64,000 nucleotides of DNA from Raillietiella orientalis (taxonomy: Eukaryota). Where the stretch lies: assembly GCA_036172245.1 (NCBI GenBank), contig JAYWIR010000061.1, positions 558,001-622,000 on the forward strand. Reading direction: 5' to 3'. The notes beneath the pieces are model-generated. The model ran no database searches and was not told where the DNA came from. It saw only the letters and a program-made list of their open reading frames with translations. Numbering within the stretch: the stretch's first letter is position 1; the number at the start of each line of letters is the position of its first letter. The position numbers were made by a program, and so were the translations under genes. Of the stretch, positions 48,690 to 63,797 are shown piece by piece.

Positions 48690-51600
48690 AGCACGCAAGC
48701 GCCGTGGTCGCGTCTAGTATGCACTGTATGCTCTCGCCAAGCTGCGGCAGGGGAGTGCATACAGTCGGTTCCGCAAGGTGTTTATTGCTCAGAAAGAAGA
48801 TTCTGGAAGACATTGCTAGGACACTGCTAAGGCTGTACAAGCATAGTACCCGGAGTGATTGGCAACGTGCCCCTCTGTCCATACCGAAGTTACCATTCGT
48901 CTGAATAAGCTTTCCAGGGTTACCACCACCACCTGAAGTAAAATGGACGAGGAAAGAGAAGAGGAAATGGAGACCGTGGAAAAAGTAGATTGGGATCCGC
49001 AAACTGGCACGGTCACCTTACTTTATCCATTGGTTCCTATAATGGCCTGTGGCGTCGCAGGATGCGAATACATATCTAGGGCAGCACTGGTTTGACTCCA
49101 AGTTCCAAAAATGAGTCTGCATAGAATGGAAGATGTATCAAAGAACTACAAGTGTAGGGGATGTAGTGCTGACATACCTTTAGCATGACCTTCGCACCAT
49201 GTTTGCGATGGAGAACTCTCCTCGCCTGCCTCCGTGGTAACGGTACGAGTGTCCACGAGACTTGTCTGCCAGACCGGGGTACGGCATGGACTTTTCGACG
49301 AGAAAAGGCCTGTTAAGCCATCAGATCTGGCATGAGCGAGCTGGGAGGCTGCAAACTACCAGCGGAGGAAGCATGGAAACTCCCTCCATTGATATACTTG
49401 GAGAAGAAAGCCAGAAAAGGAATGCTCAGGAAGCAAAGAAACAGGAGGATGAGACGTTGGTGGGAACAATAGCCGAGTTGCCCTCATTAGATGGAGGAGA
49501 TGAAGAAGGGCTGTTTGGCAACTTGAAAGCATTTATAGGCCCTCTGATTAAAGATTGTACGAAAGAAAACACGGAAAAGGAACTGCAGCCCGCTCCCATC
49601 GATTACAGAGTGTGGTGTCATTCTCCTCTCCTCCTAGACCATCATCCCTCAGCCACAGTTGCTCAAGAAAACAAACAAGAACCTCCAGAAGAAACGAATA
49701 AAATGGAAGTTATACAGAGGATATGGAAACTTAAAGGCAGGACAGGAAAGTGGACATAGAGAGCTAATTAGCCTCAAAGTTCAGAGAGGAGCGAATTCAT
49801 CTACAGAGGATCCTGGATGAAGAAAGGCCTCGTTGGAAGGACTTCTTTCTGATATACCAAAAAGCGAAAGTGATACTTGAAGTAAAAGCAGGAAGGAAAG
49901 GCTGGAGGAAACCAAAGATTGACCCGAGCAACAGATCGTCAATCCAAAAACTTTACAACATCAATAGGAGAAGAGCAGTTAGAGCGATTTTAGGCCAGCA
50001 GGACCCGACCTGTAAGTTGGAAGTTGGCAAGGTTGAAAGGCATCTTCGGAATGAGTTGGAGATAAAACAGGAAACTGATGAAGAGCTTTCCAAGAATATA
50101 CTTCTGGGAAGAGCCCAGGCAGCGTCCCCCGTAGACCATCTCCATTCACTCAAGAGGAGGTAGCAGCGATACTGCGGAGTGCGGAAAATTCATCTACCGG
50201 AGGAGAAGGAATCACGTACGCTGGATGGAAGGGCACTGGTTCAGAGGCCGAAATGCTCACAATAATTTTCGATATTCTAAAATGGTTTTGTCGAATTCCA
50301 GAAGAGTGGAAGTGTATCAGAACGATACTCATAGCGAAAAACCCCACAGCAGCAGATGACATCTCCAGCTGGAGGCCAATATCCGTTGGCAACAGTGCCT
50401 ACAGACTGTATGTCCAATACTTGGCCTCCCGAATCAGAAGATGGATTCTGGAAAACGAGATCATTGGAGCCCAACAGAAGGGCTTCCTGTCCTTTGATGG
50501 AGTGCTAGAACAGAATTTCATCTTACAAACAAGATTGGATGCTGCACGTCGCTTGTCGAAGGACTTCTGCTCAGTATTTATAGACTTCGCAAATGCCTTC
50601 GGCACAGTCTCCCATGACACAATTATGGGAACACTGAAAGAAAAGAGGGAAAGGAGAAGAAATAATAGATATCATTGAAGAAGTATATACAGGAAGTTCC
50701 ACCTTTATTAAATTGGAAGAGACCGAAACGAGGAACTTTTCCGTGCGGCGCGGAGTGAAACAGGGATGTCCCCTAAGCTCACTCCTATTTATCATCTCAA
50801 AAGAGCCCATCCTGCGCTCGATGAGACATAACTATGGGGGCGACGTGACGCTAGCTTACGCCGACGACATCGTCATACTGGGAAAGGACAAAGCGAAAGT
50901 CCAAGAAATGATGGCGCATTTCCAGAAATTAGTCGAGCAAGCCCGCTTATCAATCAGCCCGGCGAAATGGGCCTCGATATTCTACAGCAATAAAATTCTG
51001 AAAGGTACAAGGAACGTGGAGATCCAGGTAAAGGAAGGGAAAATCCCTTGTATTGCCTTATCACAGGCATACAAGTATTTAAGAAAACCCTTCAGTGTGA
51101 AGGTATTTAGTACACAACCTTCCAAGGAGGACATCTGCCAGAAGCCGAGTGCCATACTGGAGAATAAACTTTCAGGATGGCAGAAGATGGACGCTTTGAA
51201 AACCTTCTTCTACCCCAAACTAGTTCATTACGAGAGATTGGGAACTCACGGAAAAGAGGAATGGCAGCATGTTGATGAAGTAATTAGAAAGAAAATAAAA
51301 AAGGCACCTACCATACTTGGCAGCGGATGAATATTTGTACGGAGACAGGACCAAAGGCTACCTAGGACTAATGAAGCTAGCTGGAGAACCTGACCTCTTC
51401 ATCATGGACAGCTGCTTCAAACTGCTTACGTCACCAGACAAAGCGTTAAGAAAGTTAGCACCAGGGACCCCGGAAGAAATCATCCAAAAACGATGAAGCC
51501 CCGACAGATGAGAATCTCGGGGAATTAATGACGGGCAAGAAGACTGCAAAGCCTAGAAGTGATATAGAGAGCCTCTGGACGAAGGAAGGAAGGAAGACCT

Positions 51601-52590
51601 CTAGAAGAATTAAAGCCCGTTCGAGTTTCAACAAGGAGAACCCGGTATAACGGTTGACGGCATATTCCTCACCAGCAGTGCAAGAAGAGGGCTCGCCTCC
51701 GGCGTTAGAGCATTGCAGCGGGAACACGCATGGCAATCCCTAATTCGAAACCACATTAGTCAAGGGGAGGCCATGCAGTTTGTGGACATGCATCACTCTT
51801 CAAGCTTCTTCCACACGAACGGAATCCACTTAAGATTCCAGGACTACAAGGTCATCCAGGCTGCAAGACTCAACTTCCAGTCAACGCTGGGTCAACCAAA
51901 AACGCACACGAAAGAATATGTCGGCGTTACGGTACGGAGGACGAAAGTCTATCCCATATTAAATAGATGCAAGAAGCACGTCCCTCTGACGATGCAATGC
52001 CATGATGCCATTCCAGAAATCATCAGAAAGGCCGTAGCGGATGAAGCGAAGTGGAGTCTTGTGTCAAGCAATCGCAGAGTACCAGAAACCACTTCCAGCC
52101 TAAAACCAGACCTGGTTTTAGAAAAATGAGACCGAATAAGTGAGCTGGACATCTCCTGCCCATTCGAAAATGAAAAGGAGACGTTCACCACAGAGAGGAA
52201 GGTCAAAGAAGCAACATACCAAGATATCGCAATGCAACTTGGAAACAGTGGAAAGCACACAAAAGTTCATGCGATCATTGTCGGCTCACTGTGAGCATGG
52301 GATTCTGGAAATGAAGAGGTACTACAATAGGAATACCAAAAAAGAAGCTTGTGAAGCTAAGACAATGGATGGTAGCTACCTTCATCCGGTATTCAAGTAG
52401 CGTATATGCAACTCATGTATGAAGGAAAAACGCAGCCCAACCCGATGATCTGGATAATGATCTCCCTCCAGAAGAAATCGAGCAAAGCAGCGAAGAACCG
52501 TGAAGGAAAGGGAGAAAACAACAATCGCGAAAGATTCTCCAGAGCCATTCCAAGAATAGCTTTGTAAAAACCTAAAATGAATAATAAGGT
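48690..52590 (+). mobile_element. R2-group (NeSL/Utopia-like) non-LTR retrotransposon with RLE endonuclease, near full-length but pseudogenised
   Basis: N-terminal zinc fingers (LYPL...CGVAGC, FSTRKGLLSHQIWH), IQKLYNINRRRAVRAIL, WRPISVGN, QQKGF, DFANAFGTV, GVKQGCPLS, LAYADD, WQKMDALKTF, CCHC remnant, LKPDLV and DISCPFEN. Confidence 0.88.
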
Positions 52591-54289
52591 AACTTTAAGG
52601 GCATTTTGATTTTTTCTATTCATTTCCCCATACATTTTAATCCGTGTGTCATTGAAGCGCAAGTAAAGCTTTACAAGGATAGCTGTTCTAACAGATTGTT
52701 ATTCATTGCTAGAAACTGCATTGGAAGCATTGGATTACCTCCTTCACATGGTTCCAAATTTGGATATTCCCTGAATTAATGAACAAACTATGCTGCCGGT
52801 GCCTAATTCTGTTTTGAGATAGTAGTTTCTACAAATACGTGAGGCAGTACACATATACTTGTACCCGTGATTTGCCCGCCACAAATTCCCTGTGCTGTGC
52901 TAGAGTGGTGCACTGTGTTACACAAGCAAAGAAGAAACCTTCCTCCTATGAGGAGAAACCTATGAAGATGAAACAAAGTAGTGACTACCAAGTAATATCA
53001 TGTTGAACACATATGGAAATGAAACCTCTTTGCAGAAATTCAGGACTACGGTAACTCCTACTCCTGCAGCACAAAAAGTTGCAATCACTCCCATTTTTCC
53101 ACATAATTTTCTTTGAATAAGCATGAAAAACAGAAGTAAATCTGCTGTTCCAGTCAAATCGCTTGCATTATTAATAACGTTAAAATCGAAGCAATATCAC
53201 ATTCAGAATTTGTTTTCTAGTTGATCACTAAAAATATAATTATCATCGTTTTTTTGTGGAGGCACCATGCATTTGTGCTCTATCTCATCTACCCATGTTT
53301 TATTATAATGGCATATACAAACTTATGAGAGGGGGAATACAGCAATGTTTAGTTTATTTGTAAAAGGATATTCAACTCTCTCAATGCCCTATTTAGGTAA
53401 AGTCTACATAAAAAGGATGTATATGAAACATTATCAAAACTCCGTTTTTTCTTTTACATTGTGTGATTAATGTGATCTTATTTATTCTAATGCACTGTTA
53501 GTCTAATCACATAAAAACGATTATGCTTGAGATCTCGAATGGAAACAGAGGAAGACATGTGTATTCGTCTTAATTTCTTATTCCATTGATTAAATTGTCC
53601 ATAATCTCATGACATATCAGATATCGAAAAGCAGGAAATCTGCTGGTAATTTTTATTGTAGTACATAAAGCCATTGCAATGAATGAATTCGTAAAATGAA
53701 ATGTTGGATTACTAAACTCATTTGTAGAATCTATATGATTATTTTTTTCGTAAGGCATTTTTTCGAAGCGATTGCATTCTAATTTGCATCTGTATCCTAT
53801 ATTATGTATCATGCAGTTCGAGCATCTTGAAAAAGTAGCTCATATATCATAGAAGCGAAATTTTCGAGCGCTTAGAATTAAAACTGTAATGCTTTCTGAT
53901 TTAAAACTTTAACCGTTTCATCTAATTTCGATTTTTAATAAATGCCATATGATATACATTTCTTCCGGTCAGCATTACTCAATCTTCTCTAATAAAACAG
54001 CTGGTGGCCATTCTGAAATGAAGTTGCGAAAATGTAAATAAAAAACAGTATCCTCGGTCAGCATTCCCAATAAACCTTTAAGAGCAGCTTATTGCTTAAT
54101 GAGTACGAGCAACGAATTAGACAACTGATACAAGAAGTTTTATCGGACTTTTAGTTGTGTATTCAAAATGTCTTGCAAATATGAAATTTAGAATTTAACT
54201 TCATGAATACTATCGAACACAGAAATGGCAGTACGTTGATGTATTTCCGTAAGAAACATGCTGTGAACTCATGCTCTGTGAACTAGATT

Positions 54290-57200
54290 ATGTTTAAATT
54301 AAAAAACTGGTTCTCATCTGGAAGTCTCTGGAAGCCAAAAAATCTTCATTCATTAGAGTATCTAAAGTAGGTATTAATGAACACATTATTGTAAAATAAA
54401 ACATTTTCAACAAATTATGAAAGGTTTTGGATGTTTCACTCATTCATAATTTAGTTGGATGATTGTTTTTTTTGATTGATGAGACGATTCAATATTATTG
54501 ATTATTTGTTCAGTTCTGACTCTTACATGTAAGAATAATAGCCCTTTGGTAGCATGTTAAAACGAACAATCGTGACCATAATTATTCTGAGCAAAGCAAA
54601 ATTATATTTTAAAATGTAAAAACTGTACAAAGTTGCGCTCCGTGGATAATTTCCAAGTTTTTTCCTCATTTGGAAATACTAATTTAAAATTTGATTTTAA
54701 GTTGGTATTACTAAAATTGAAAGAATTTATGTTATTCTTATTAAATGTGGCTGTGCAAAAATGTTGTCTTAGAATTACAGCGAGGAAATGTTATTTTAGA
54801 TACCTATATTCTGTTCTGATCAAAAATAAGACAGTTGGAGAAGCAAATGAAAGCCTTCTTGTTGAAACCTTTAGGCTGATTGCAGAAATTCTTATATGGG
54901 GTGACCAGAACGATAGTACTGTTTTTGAGTGAGTTAATGTGATTTAATATTTCAAATTACTTCAGTCCTTCGGCAGAAATGTTTTGCATATAAGTTTTAT
55001 TGTTTGAAAGATGTTCATTCAACATTTTTTCCATGAAATATTGATTAATTAGACGACAAAAGTTTTACTGAATGTCTCCTGAACATAAAAAAGACTGTGA
55101 AACGTTATTTCACTTTTATATAATTGTAGTAGCACTTTGATATGGGATGTTTACATATATAGTAAGTAATTCAAAGAAACAAAAAAGATCTAAAATTCAA
55201 ATTGAAATATCCAAATAATGCTTGATGTATTTGGCTGTATGACAAACAGTTCTTCAAAATTGAACACTATCAAGAATAATCATTGAAATTGGAAATATGT
55301 TTTTAAGAGATTATTCATCATTGATTCAGTACTTCATCTTACAGCATTGTGATTTTGAAGTAATGTTATATATTTACGGTTAATTTCTGTTAAAAATTAT
55401 AAATTATTATGCCTATTTTGATGAATGAAGCAGATCTAATTATGTTGTTTTTCTAAGTTTCTTCTTAGAAAAAAACATGCTTAGCTTCTTCTTGGACATC
55501 ATGAAGCAGGAGTGTGAAAATTATGTATGTGTTCAACTTCTGCAGACATTGAACATCTTGTTCGAAAATATCAGGAATGAAACATCATTATGTATGTTAA
55601 GTTTATATAGATATTCAGATTTGAAACATTGATTGAATATCGGTTTTGTTTTAATGCACTTTTAGTGACAAGGTTTTCTAAATTCTGTATATTTATTTCA
55701 TCTATGGGGCTGGTCCAGTTTTTTTTATCATGATTATATAGTCACACTGTGTACTGTAAACTGAAAACTAATTAGTTTACATGAACTTCTAGTTTTTTTT
55801 CCTAAAGCTAGTTGTATAAACAACTGTAAAGTAATATTGAAAGTGCAGCCTCGAAAAACAGAATTAGATGTTTGAGACTTTGGAGTGATTGAACTTCATT
55901 GAAAAGATACTTCTCATTTAATGGCAACAAATAAATTTGATTCTGAACTGCTAAACAAACTTTAAAAGAGAAGTGTTCTTCTATGAAAAAAAGTATCCAG
56001 AAAAATGAGATTATAACATTTTTTAAACTATATTTACTAAATGTTATTAAGCATTGCCATTAAAAAAATTGTGGTTATCTTAATGGAAAGTGGTTTTTGC
56101 AAAGCATGAACATAAGAAATAATGATATTTGTCAGCAATCTAAATGTGAATATTTTCGAGTTGCAGCTTTGATGATTTCTTGTGGCTGTGTGACAAGGAA
56201 ACAAATATAAAAAGAACATCATAGTGTTCAATTTTCTGACAAATAAGGAGTCACCTACTAGGAAAATTAGACAATAATACCTTATGAGCAAGATATCCTA
56301 CGTGATACATCCAAAAGTTAACTATAGCATTGTCAGAATTTAGCATCTAAATTATTTCTTTAGCTTATTGCTGTTCCTAAAATAAATTTGGTTATTTGTT
56401 TGTTAGATTTTGGGTATATATGTGCATTGATCAGTTGGTTGTGGTTTTCATTTTATGCTGTCTTCCTGTTCCTATAGGTGTAGACAAAAAATGGCCCTAT
56501 CAGTTGAAAAGGTAGCATAATTTGTTTTTCCATTCTCTTTGGTAAAGACCAATACTGCCTAATTCCTTGGATTTCATATTGTGTATCTTACTCTTTTTTA
56601 TGCAATGCATAAGAAAAGGGGATATACCTGTAAATATAGTGAGTGATTGAGATATTTTATCCCAGGACTATTACTCTTCTTACACTAAGTGAAACTAGTG
56701 GTGAAATGTTTTGTTGCTTTAGAACAGGAATGAAGTTTTTCAAGCTTCAACATTAAAGTGCAGTATTGCATGTAAAATATAGGACATAAACATGCTTCCA
56801 CTCAAGTGCTTGGTTTTCTCGCAAAATCTTTGGTATAATTCGTGGAATATTCTTTTCGTATGTTTAAAAAGGAAAAATGATGTGAATAGAAGAAATTATA
56901 GCATACTTTAATAGACACCGATTTTTGATAAAAGACTGAATCAGCTGCAATTGTAGTGAGAAGATATGGTAGTTGGGATCTGTTATTTGCATTTGTATCA
57001 GTTATTTGCATCAAACCAAACAGTGCTTGGTGTATGAGCTCTATAGTTTGTGCTAAAAATATAAATACTGAACAAAAGAAAAAAGTACAATCTGTAATTT
57101 AAAATAAAAAATAAGGTCAACTCCAAAACTGAGTAAGCATTTCAGGAATGTCATTTGGTCTGCACTTAGTTCCTATTCTTGTTCAAGAAATCATACATAA

Positions 57201-60200
57201 TTTTTAGTGAATCATAAATAATCATAATCATTTTTCTTCATCAAATTCTGAAAGTTTAATATTTTCTACATTAAGAATAACGAGTTTTTTTTTAGAAAAA
57301 TCAAGATATAAATTTAGTATGATTAGTGATGTTATCCTTTAACAAACTGTTCAAGTGAAGCCTATTTACAGTGAAACAATGTACATGAGAAATACGTACA
57401 TGTGATACGTAGGTTATAAGATTTTGTTATTTACAAAATGTATCTGGTTTATTTTTCTAGGGTTAGATTCGAAATAATAATTACATTACAGTTGGAGACT
57501 TTTGTATTTGCAGGTGTTTAAAGCTGTATTTAAAATCACTACAATGGCATTCATGTAGAGAATGAATTGCTTCTGTTTAATTTGTCAATTCTGTATAAAG
57601 TCATTAATCATTATTGACTTTGAAGTTTTAATTGTGTTTTTCACAATTTGATACATGAATATACTTGGGGTTTCAAATTTATCTAGTTATAATTTGTAAA
57701 TTATTGTTTGAGTGGCTTCAAAGACTTTCTTTTTCTTTGCACTTGTATGATAAATTTATTTTACATCCATTTGTAAAGTGATTGAGAAAGTATAATAATT
57801 TATGACCATGTCCTTTAGTTCTCAGTTTTCAAAAAGTCAAGGTTATAGAGGAATTATTAATAATCTGTATGTGAAGTATTTGAAAACGAATCTGCAGAAT
57901 CACTTCAAAGTTATGCAATTTGTAATAGGTATTAGTGATTCAAATTAAATTTTATGTCTTCGTTTGCTGTTATGTAATTATTCATATTCTGTCAAGTTAT
58001 TGTGTTGCAATAGCATTAAAGATTTGAATTCTTGAAACATGAAATGTTTGATGTGATTTGTATCTGGATGTACTGCATAAAGAAATAATAATAAAATCAT
58101 TGTAATTTTTAATTTGTTTCCAATGATTACTACAAGGTTTTATTATTACTTCGTTTCTTGTCTTTTACTTTAATATAAAGTGCCAAAATTTGGAAAGTTG
58201 ATATGACATAGTGGCCAACTATTCTTACCAGATGTTTTTGTTTCAGATTATCTGTTATCCAATAATCATGTCAACTACATTATTCTTCACAAATTTAATT
58301 TTTCTGATGAGGAGGTGATGGCTTATTATATTTCATTTTTAAAAACCCTTTCTTTGAAGTTAAATTTACATACCATTCATTTTTTTTATAATGAGGTTAG
58401 TACAGTTTTTGAAAGATGTATAAAATGTGCTGATATTGAATGTCATGGACAACAAAAGAAATGCCGAGTTGTACAGATGCAATTTATAGTAAAGCATTTC
58501 TTTATGAAGTATTTTAAGTTATATTAAAAAAAATCGTGTTTTCCTACTTTTACTGCATTATGTTTATTGAAGTTACATCTTAGGTTAACATTTTCAGTTA
58601 ATTGCCATAAAAATGATTACTTAAATACGCACCTAAATAATGTTATGTACAAATAGCATAATATTATAGGATTTAAAAGCAAAATTTTCATTTTAGTATA
58701 CAAATGAATTTCCTCTTTATACTGAAGCAATAAAGTTCTTCAATCATGAAGAAAGTATGGTACGAATTGCAGTTAGAACTTTAACTCTGAATGTTTACAG
58801 AGTTGGTGGAAAAGAAATGCTAAACTTTATCAAAAATACTGCAACTGGGCATTATTTTTTGCATTTGGTTTATTTCATCAGAGATCAAATTTGTGAGCTT
58901 AATAAGGACATGAATTGTGAAATACTGTGAGTTGTAGTTATTTAAATCACTGCAGTACTGCTGTATGTGAAACGTATCTATAACTGTATTTATCCAATTC
59001 ATATTGTTTGAAACACATTTTTATTTTTTTTATGCCTACAAACCTTGCATGGTTTTCAATTTGTAGAATTCATTGCATATAACATAGAGTAAATTTCTAA
59101 GGATCTTTGATGTTTATGTCTTATGTCTCATTAACAGAAGATGTTATGCAGTCCTTAATGATCAAACCAAACGTGATCAGTGATGAGTGATCAGTTTGGT
59201 TGATTATCAGTGTTGGTTGATTATCAGTGTTGGTTATTCCTGCTTGGTAAGATCATTGTAATGTAATATTGCTGTTTATCCAAGTGTCTAGTAATGCATA
59301 TGTTACCAAAAGCATGCTTTAATGGGTTGTTTTTTTATCAGTAATTTTACTGATCACCCCATAGGGATTGGTTGCTGAAGTAAATTTTGCCTATTTAAAG
59401 TCTGTCATTGAAATCTATTACGAAATTTCTAACGTTTTCATATTCAATTGCAAAATTTAATAGAGTAAACCTTGGCTAAAAAAGTTTGTGTGGATTTCTT
59501 TAGTTCATATTAGAGCAAGGCATTTTTCAAGTCATAGTTGACGAATGTCTTCCAGTACACCATAAAAAGGTTTCTGTTCTATGTGTTTTGTTTAAGGGAA
59601 TAAATGTAAATGAAGTTATTTCCTATTTAAAAATTAAGACATTGTTTTAGCAGAAAATTTGTTATATTTATTCTTGTAAACTAATTAATGTGAAAAAGTT
59701 CACACACTAATTCATGTAAAGGATATGCCATGCAAATATGTCCTCTTTCAGATCATTAACAATTTAGTTGGAAGCCAGAATAGTTGTTGACATTATTTTA
59801 GGATGTGACGTTTTAAGTTGCAAGAATAAATGATAGTGATGTTGATGATGTTTGTAATAATAAATTGAGATTCATATTTGGTTTCATCTTCAGTTCTAAG
59901 TAATCTTGTAACTGAAGGTGGACATATCTATGGTGTCACCAAAGTAAACCTCTATTGTTTGTTCACAGCTATCTGTTTTTGAAGTCGGTATTAATTTCTT
60001 TTTATTTCAGTGCTAGCACGAATACAATATAGTTGTAGTATTTAATAAGATCATAATTAATTGAGGTAGCATACTTTAGAATGCGTAATTTTTAAATGTA
60101 AATGCACATCTTTGTTTACACTCAGTGCATCATGAAATGTATGGTGACATATAATGCATTGTCATTTTGAATTATCTGTAGCCTGAGAGCTTAGATGCCA

Positions 60201-63200
60201 GCCCATTGTTCCAAAACATAATTACTATCATGCTCATGAGCGCATAATAATCAAAATACTTGAGATAGCTCTCAATACTTAGTAAACTTTCTTTTATGAA
60301 CCCAAATGTAATTTACACCAGTAGTTTGGAATTTTTGTATCACATTGAAGTCCTTTGGGAAAATCGATATTAAAAAACAAAACTTGAGCTTTGCAGAATC
60401 ATTCTTAGTTCAACTATAATTAGTTCTGGTTGATAGTGAAAAAATCCTTATTTAATTCTTGTTTGGGTTTATTTTTCGGGATATCTTAATTCATGGTAAA
60501 TGCTAAATTGATTAGTGGTCTGTAGTAACCCATATCTCATGCTTGACTTGCTCTCATATAAATCTCATACGCTGGTTTGAAACAAGTATTTTTGAGAGAA
60601 ACTGTAAACCATTAATATTTCAGTTACTAATCTTTTGTTGGTTAATATTATTAAACCTTGAAGTATGTGCGAGTTCAGGCCCAGTTTTTAACAGCTGTTT
60701 GTATTTCAAAGTGATCATATAAATTTCTGTGAATCTAAAGCTAACATTTCTAAAAAACTGATGCTCCTTGATAACAGTTTAAAGATGGGCGAAAACTTGG
60801 AAAGGCAAAATGTATGGTTTTGTAGTATTACTTGTAGAAATCGGACAGCTCATATGGAGCATGGAGTTCAAGTGTAAATCTGAATTTGAGTGGCTGGTAT
60901 TAACCATAAGGGATGTATTTTACTGTGCAATTAAAACCTTGAGTTTTTATCATGCTTCATCCTCCAGATCTAATTACTGTTTAAATTTAATAATTTTCTG
61001 AATGTACACTGTTCTGAAAAATTACATCATTGTTCTGAATGATGTAATTTTTTATTCAAAATAGGACAAATGGAATACAGGGTTTATGATTCGCTGTTTG
61101 AAAAGAGTCATCTTTTACTTGTCTTGGGAACATGTTCCTTAGATTTGAGACATTGGCTGCATTTCAAAAAAGTGTTGCGTCTTAAAACAGCTTGAAATGC
61201 TTTTAAAGTGTTTTTAGATGGTGAAAGTATTGAAATTGAAGTAATGTTGAAGATTTAAATGTTCAATTTCATTATTTGAGTACCCTGAATATTATTTTGA
61301 GTGGTCAGAAAATTCCAGTATTATTTTGTTTTGAGTTTGAAGTTTCGGTTTTGGTTTGTTTTTGTATTTTATTCTACAACGCCACAAAAATAATATCTTG
61401 AGTTAGTCTGCTTCAAAGTTTCTTGATATTTAGCATTTAAGGTGTTTAAAGTCTTCATTTTATGCTGATGAGTGATATACCAAGCCTTAAGTGTAAAATT
61501 TACAAAAAATCATCAAAGCAAGTCAAGCTTTTTTTATCAGAGCTCTGAAAGCAAAAGATTTTAAATAAGATGCACATGATATTAATTGTCTCAGTAATGC
61601 TAAATGTTCCTAAACTACATATACCTAAACAGATATGTTTGCCATGTATATTTATCTACATTTTTTGTTTCGACCTATGTTTTAGCTATCTGCATAGGGA
61701 GAACTTCGCGTGTTTAGTTGCTGATCATTTGGATAATCTTCATTATCTTAATGATATACTGAGTCTTGAAAAAAGCACCTTGAATAACGTTTTGATGGAT
61801 CAATTAATTAACAGTCTTTTTTTACCATTCCATATATCTTCATTAAGTAACCATCCTCAGGTAATAAAGAATTTTTTGTTATCACTTTTGCTTATAAGGA
61901 GTCGAAAATAAATGATCCAAACCCCTATTTAATTCCAGGACAAAGAAACATGCATCAATAAAGTTTTGGCCTTATTCTTATTGACTCACCTATTTTTAAT
62001 TTTTTCATATATTCCATTACAAAGAATCCTTATTGAAATACTTACAAAAGGAAAAGAATGTTGTGTCATCAGTATCTCAGAAGAAAATCATGACTGGAAA
62101 GTAGGTCTTATTGGTTTCTTGAAATTTAATTTATATTCATTACATTCTATATTTTATATTTAATTTTGATGTTCACTTTGCAATATAAATCACAATAAGA
62201 ATTCTTATTTCTTTAATAAGTATTTTATGTTAAAGGTTTTCATCAGTCCACCATCGACAGATTTGGCAATTGAAAACGCTGGTCTGTACAAGGAGCAAAT
62301 GAGTGATTCTTTACAGAACATGAACACTACAGGTAGGAATATCCTCTAAGTAAGGAATATGCATTTCGTAAATAGGTAATATGAAATTTGAAGTTCAGAA
62401 TCATTTGTCATTACTGCTTTTAAATTTTGAGCATTTGTTGATAAAGCTTGTAGTAAAAAAGCTTATCTATTTTGGAATAATTTGTCAAACTTGTTGATAT
62501 GCAGTAAACTGCATGAAGTTTGCAAAAGACAGTTCTAAGTATTATTGATGAAGCAGAAATTATATTTTTTTTTGCACACATGCCAAGATTCAAGAAATGA
62601 CTGTTTGAAAAGTTTCTACAGTAATTGCGAATGCTTATCGTTTGCATTGGTCATTTATCTCTTACTAATATAATACATGGTATTCTCATGTGATTAAGCA
62701 ATTACTGCAGTATAGTAAATAATGATTATTCTTGTTTATATACTTATTTTGATCTACAAGTCATATGTATGTGATTCAGAATTTTCGTTTTTGCAAAGCA
62801 TTAAGATGTTTGCAATGATTCTGATCTATATGTTGTTCTGTTACCTATTTAAGTAGGTGTTATTTCTCCGGTTGAAAACAGTTTTGAAATGTTCATCATT
62901 CATGCTTCAGTCTTTTCATCTTTCCAATATTTCTAATGAATCATTATCGAGTTATATCTGAAAACTTTATATATCAATTTGGATTTCAGATATTAATTTC
63001 ACAGATGAAGAAAAGGAAAAGCAGCTTCATTCAGAGAATATGATCTCCAGTGGATGTAATGGGGCTGTTCGATATTACATAGATTACGTATATGATTCCT
63101 TAGATTGTTCTTCAGATGATTACGGTGCAATGTTTGCACTTTCATTGCTTTATGTGATCAAAAAATTAGGTACAGGTGTTAGCATTTTATTTGGTATCTT

Positions 63201-63797
63201 ATGAAGGGCATTTCAGAATGCGGTCATGAGAATAGCGAAATTCAAAACAGTGGTTTAGGCTACTTAAATGGCAGTGAAATAATAACAAGACTTATAGATA
63301 TCATTTCTTGCAGCTGTAAAGAAAGTACGTATTTTTGTTCATACGTTGTGCTTACTGATTAATTTAGATAATCAAGTGCGTTTAATTACATTTGAATTGG
63401 CAGTAAAATTGCTAAAAATGCTAATATTAGAAGCAGAAGGAAAATACATTTCAGATCATGTACTAGCCCTGATCGACAATGCAAAAGAAAAATCCATTCA
63501 TTTGATGCAAAAGATTTATAAGGTTAGTACAATTGCTTTGGGGGTCAAAGTTTATCTTTGTGCATCCATCTATAACCTTGCATACATCTGTTACGTCATG
63601 TTTTTTTTTTAATGTAATATCTGGTTCCTTCTTAGGATGAAGACATCTTTCTTGACATGTTCGAAAATGAGTATCAGTATGTTCAGTCACAGTCCCCAAA
63701 TATTAGTCATGTGTTAACGGATCCATCAATTTTGTTGCCTCCCACTGGAACACCCCTTACTGGAATAGATTTTGCAAAACGATTACCGTGTGGGGAG
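54290..63797 (+). CDS. CLEC16A: CLEC16A/gop-1 homolog, partial (continues past the window); exons 54290-54366, 54800-54928, 55458-55591, 58247-58395, 58697-58926, 61686-61860, 61939-62100, 62236-62332, 62990-63169, 63217-63324, 63368-63522, 63636-63797
   Basis: FPL-domain motifs [122 protein letters not shown]. Confidence 0.95.

Noticed and set aside
52678..52703. U2 snRNA remnant (ctgttct..cag) after the Utopia-like element
   Set aside because: Similarity is gapped, stops after ~25 nt, and lies ~90 bp beyond the likely 3' end.
59161..59236. Intronic inverted and tandem repeats in CLEC16A as an ncRNA
   Set aside because: Looks like local slippage or fold-back duplication; no snoRNA or miRNA features I can support.
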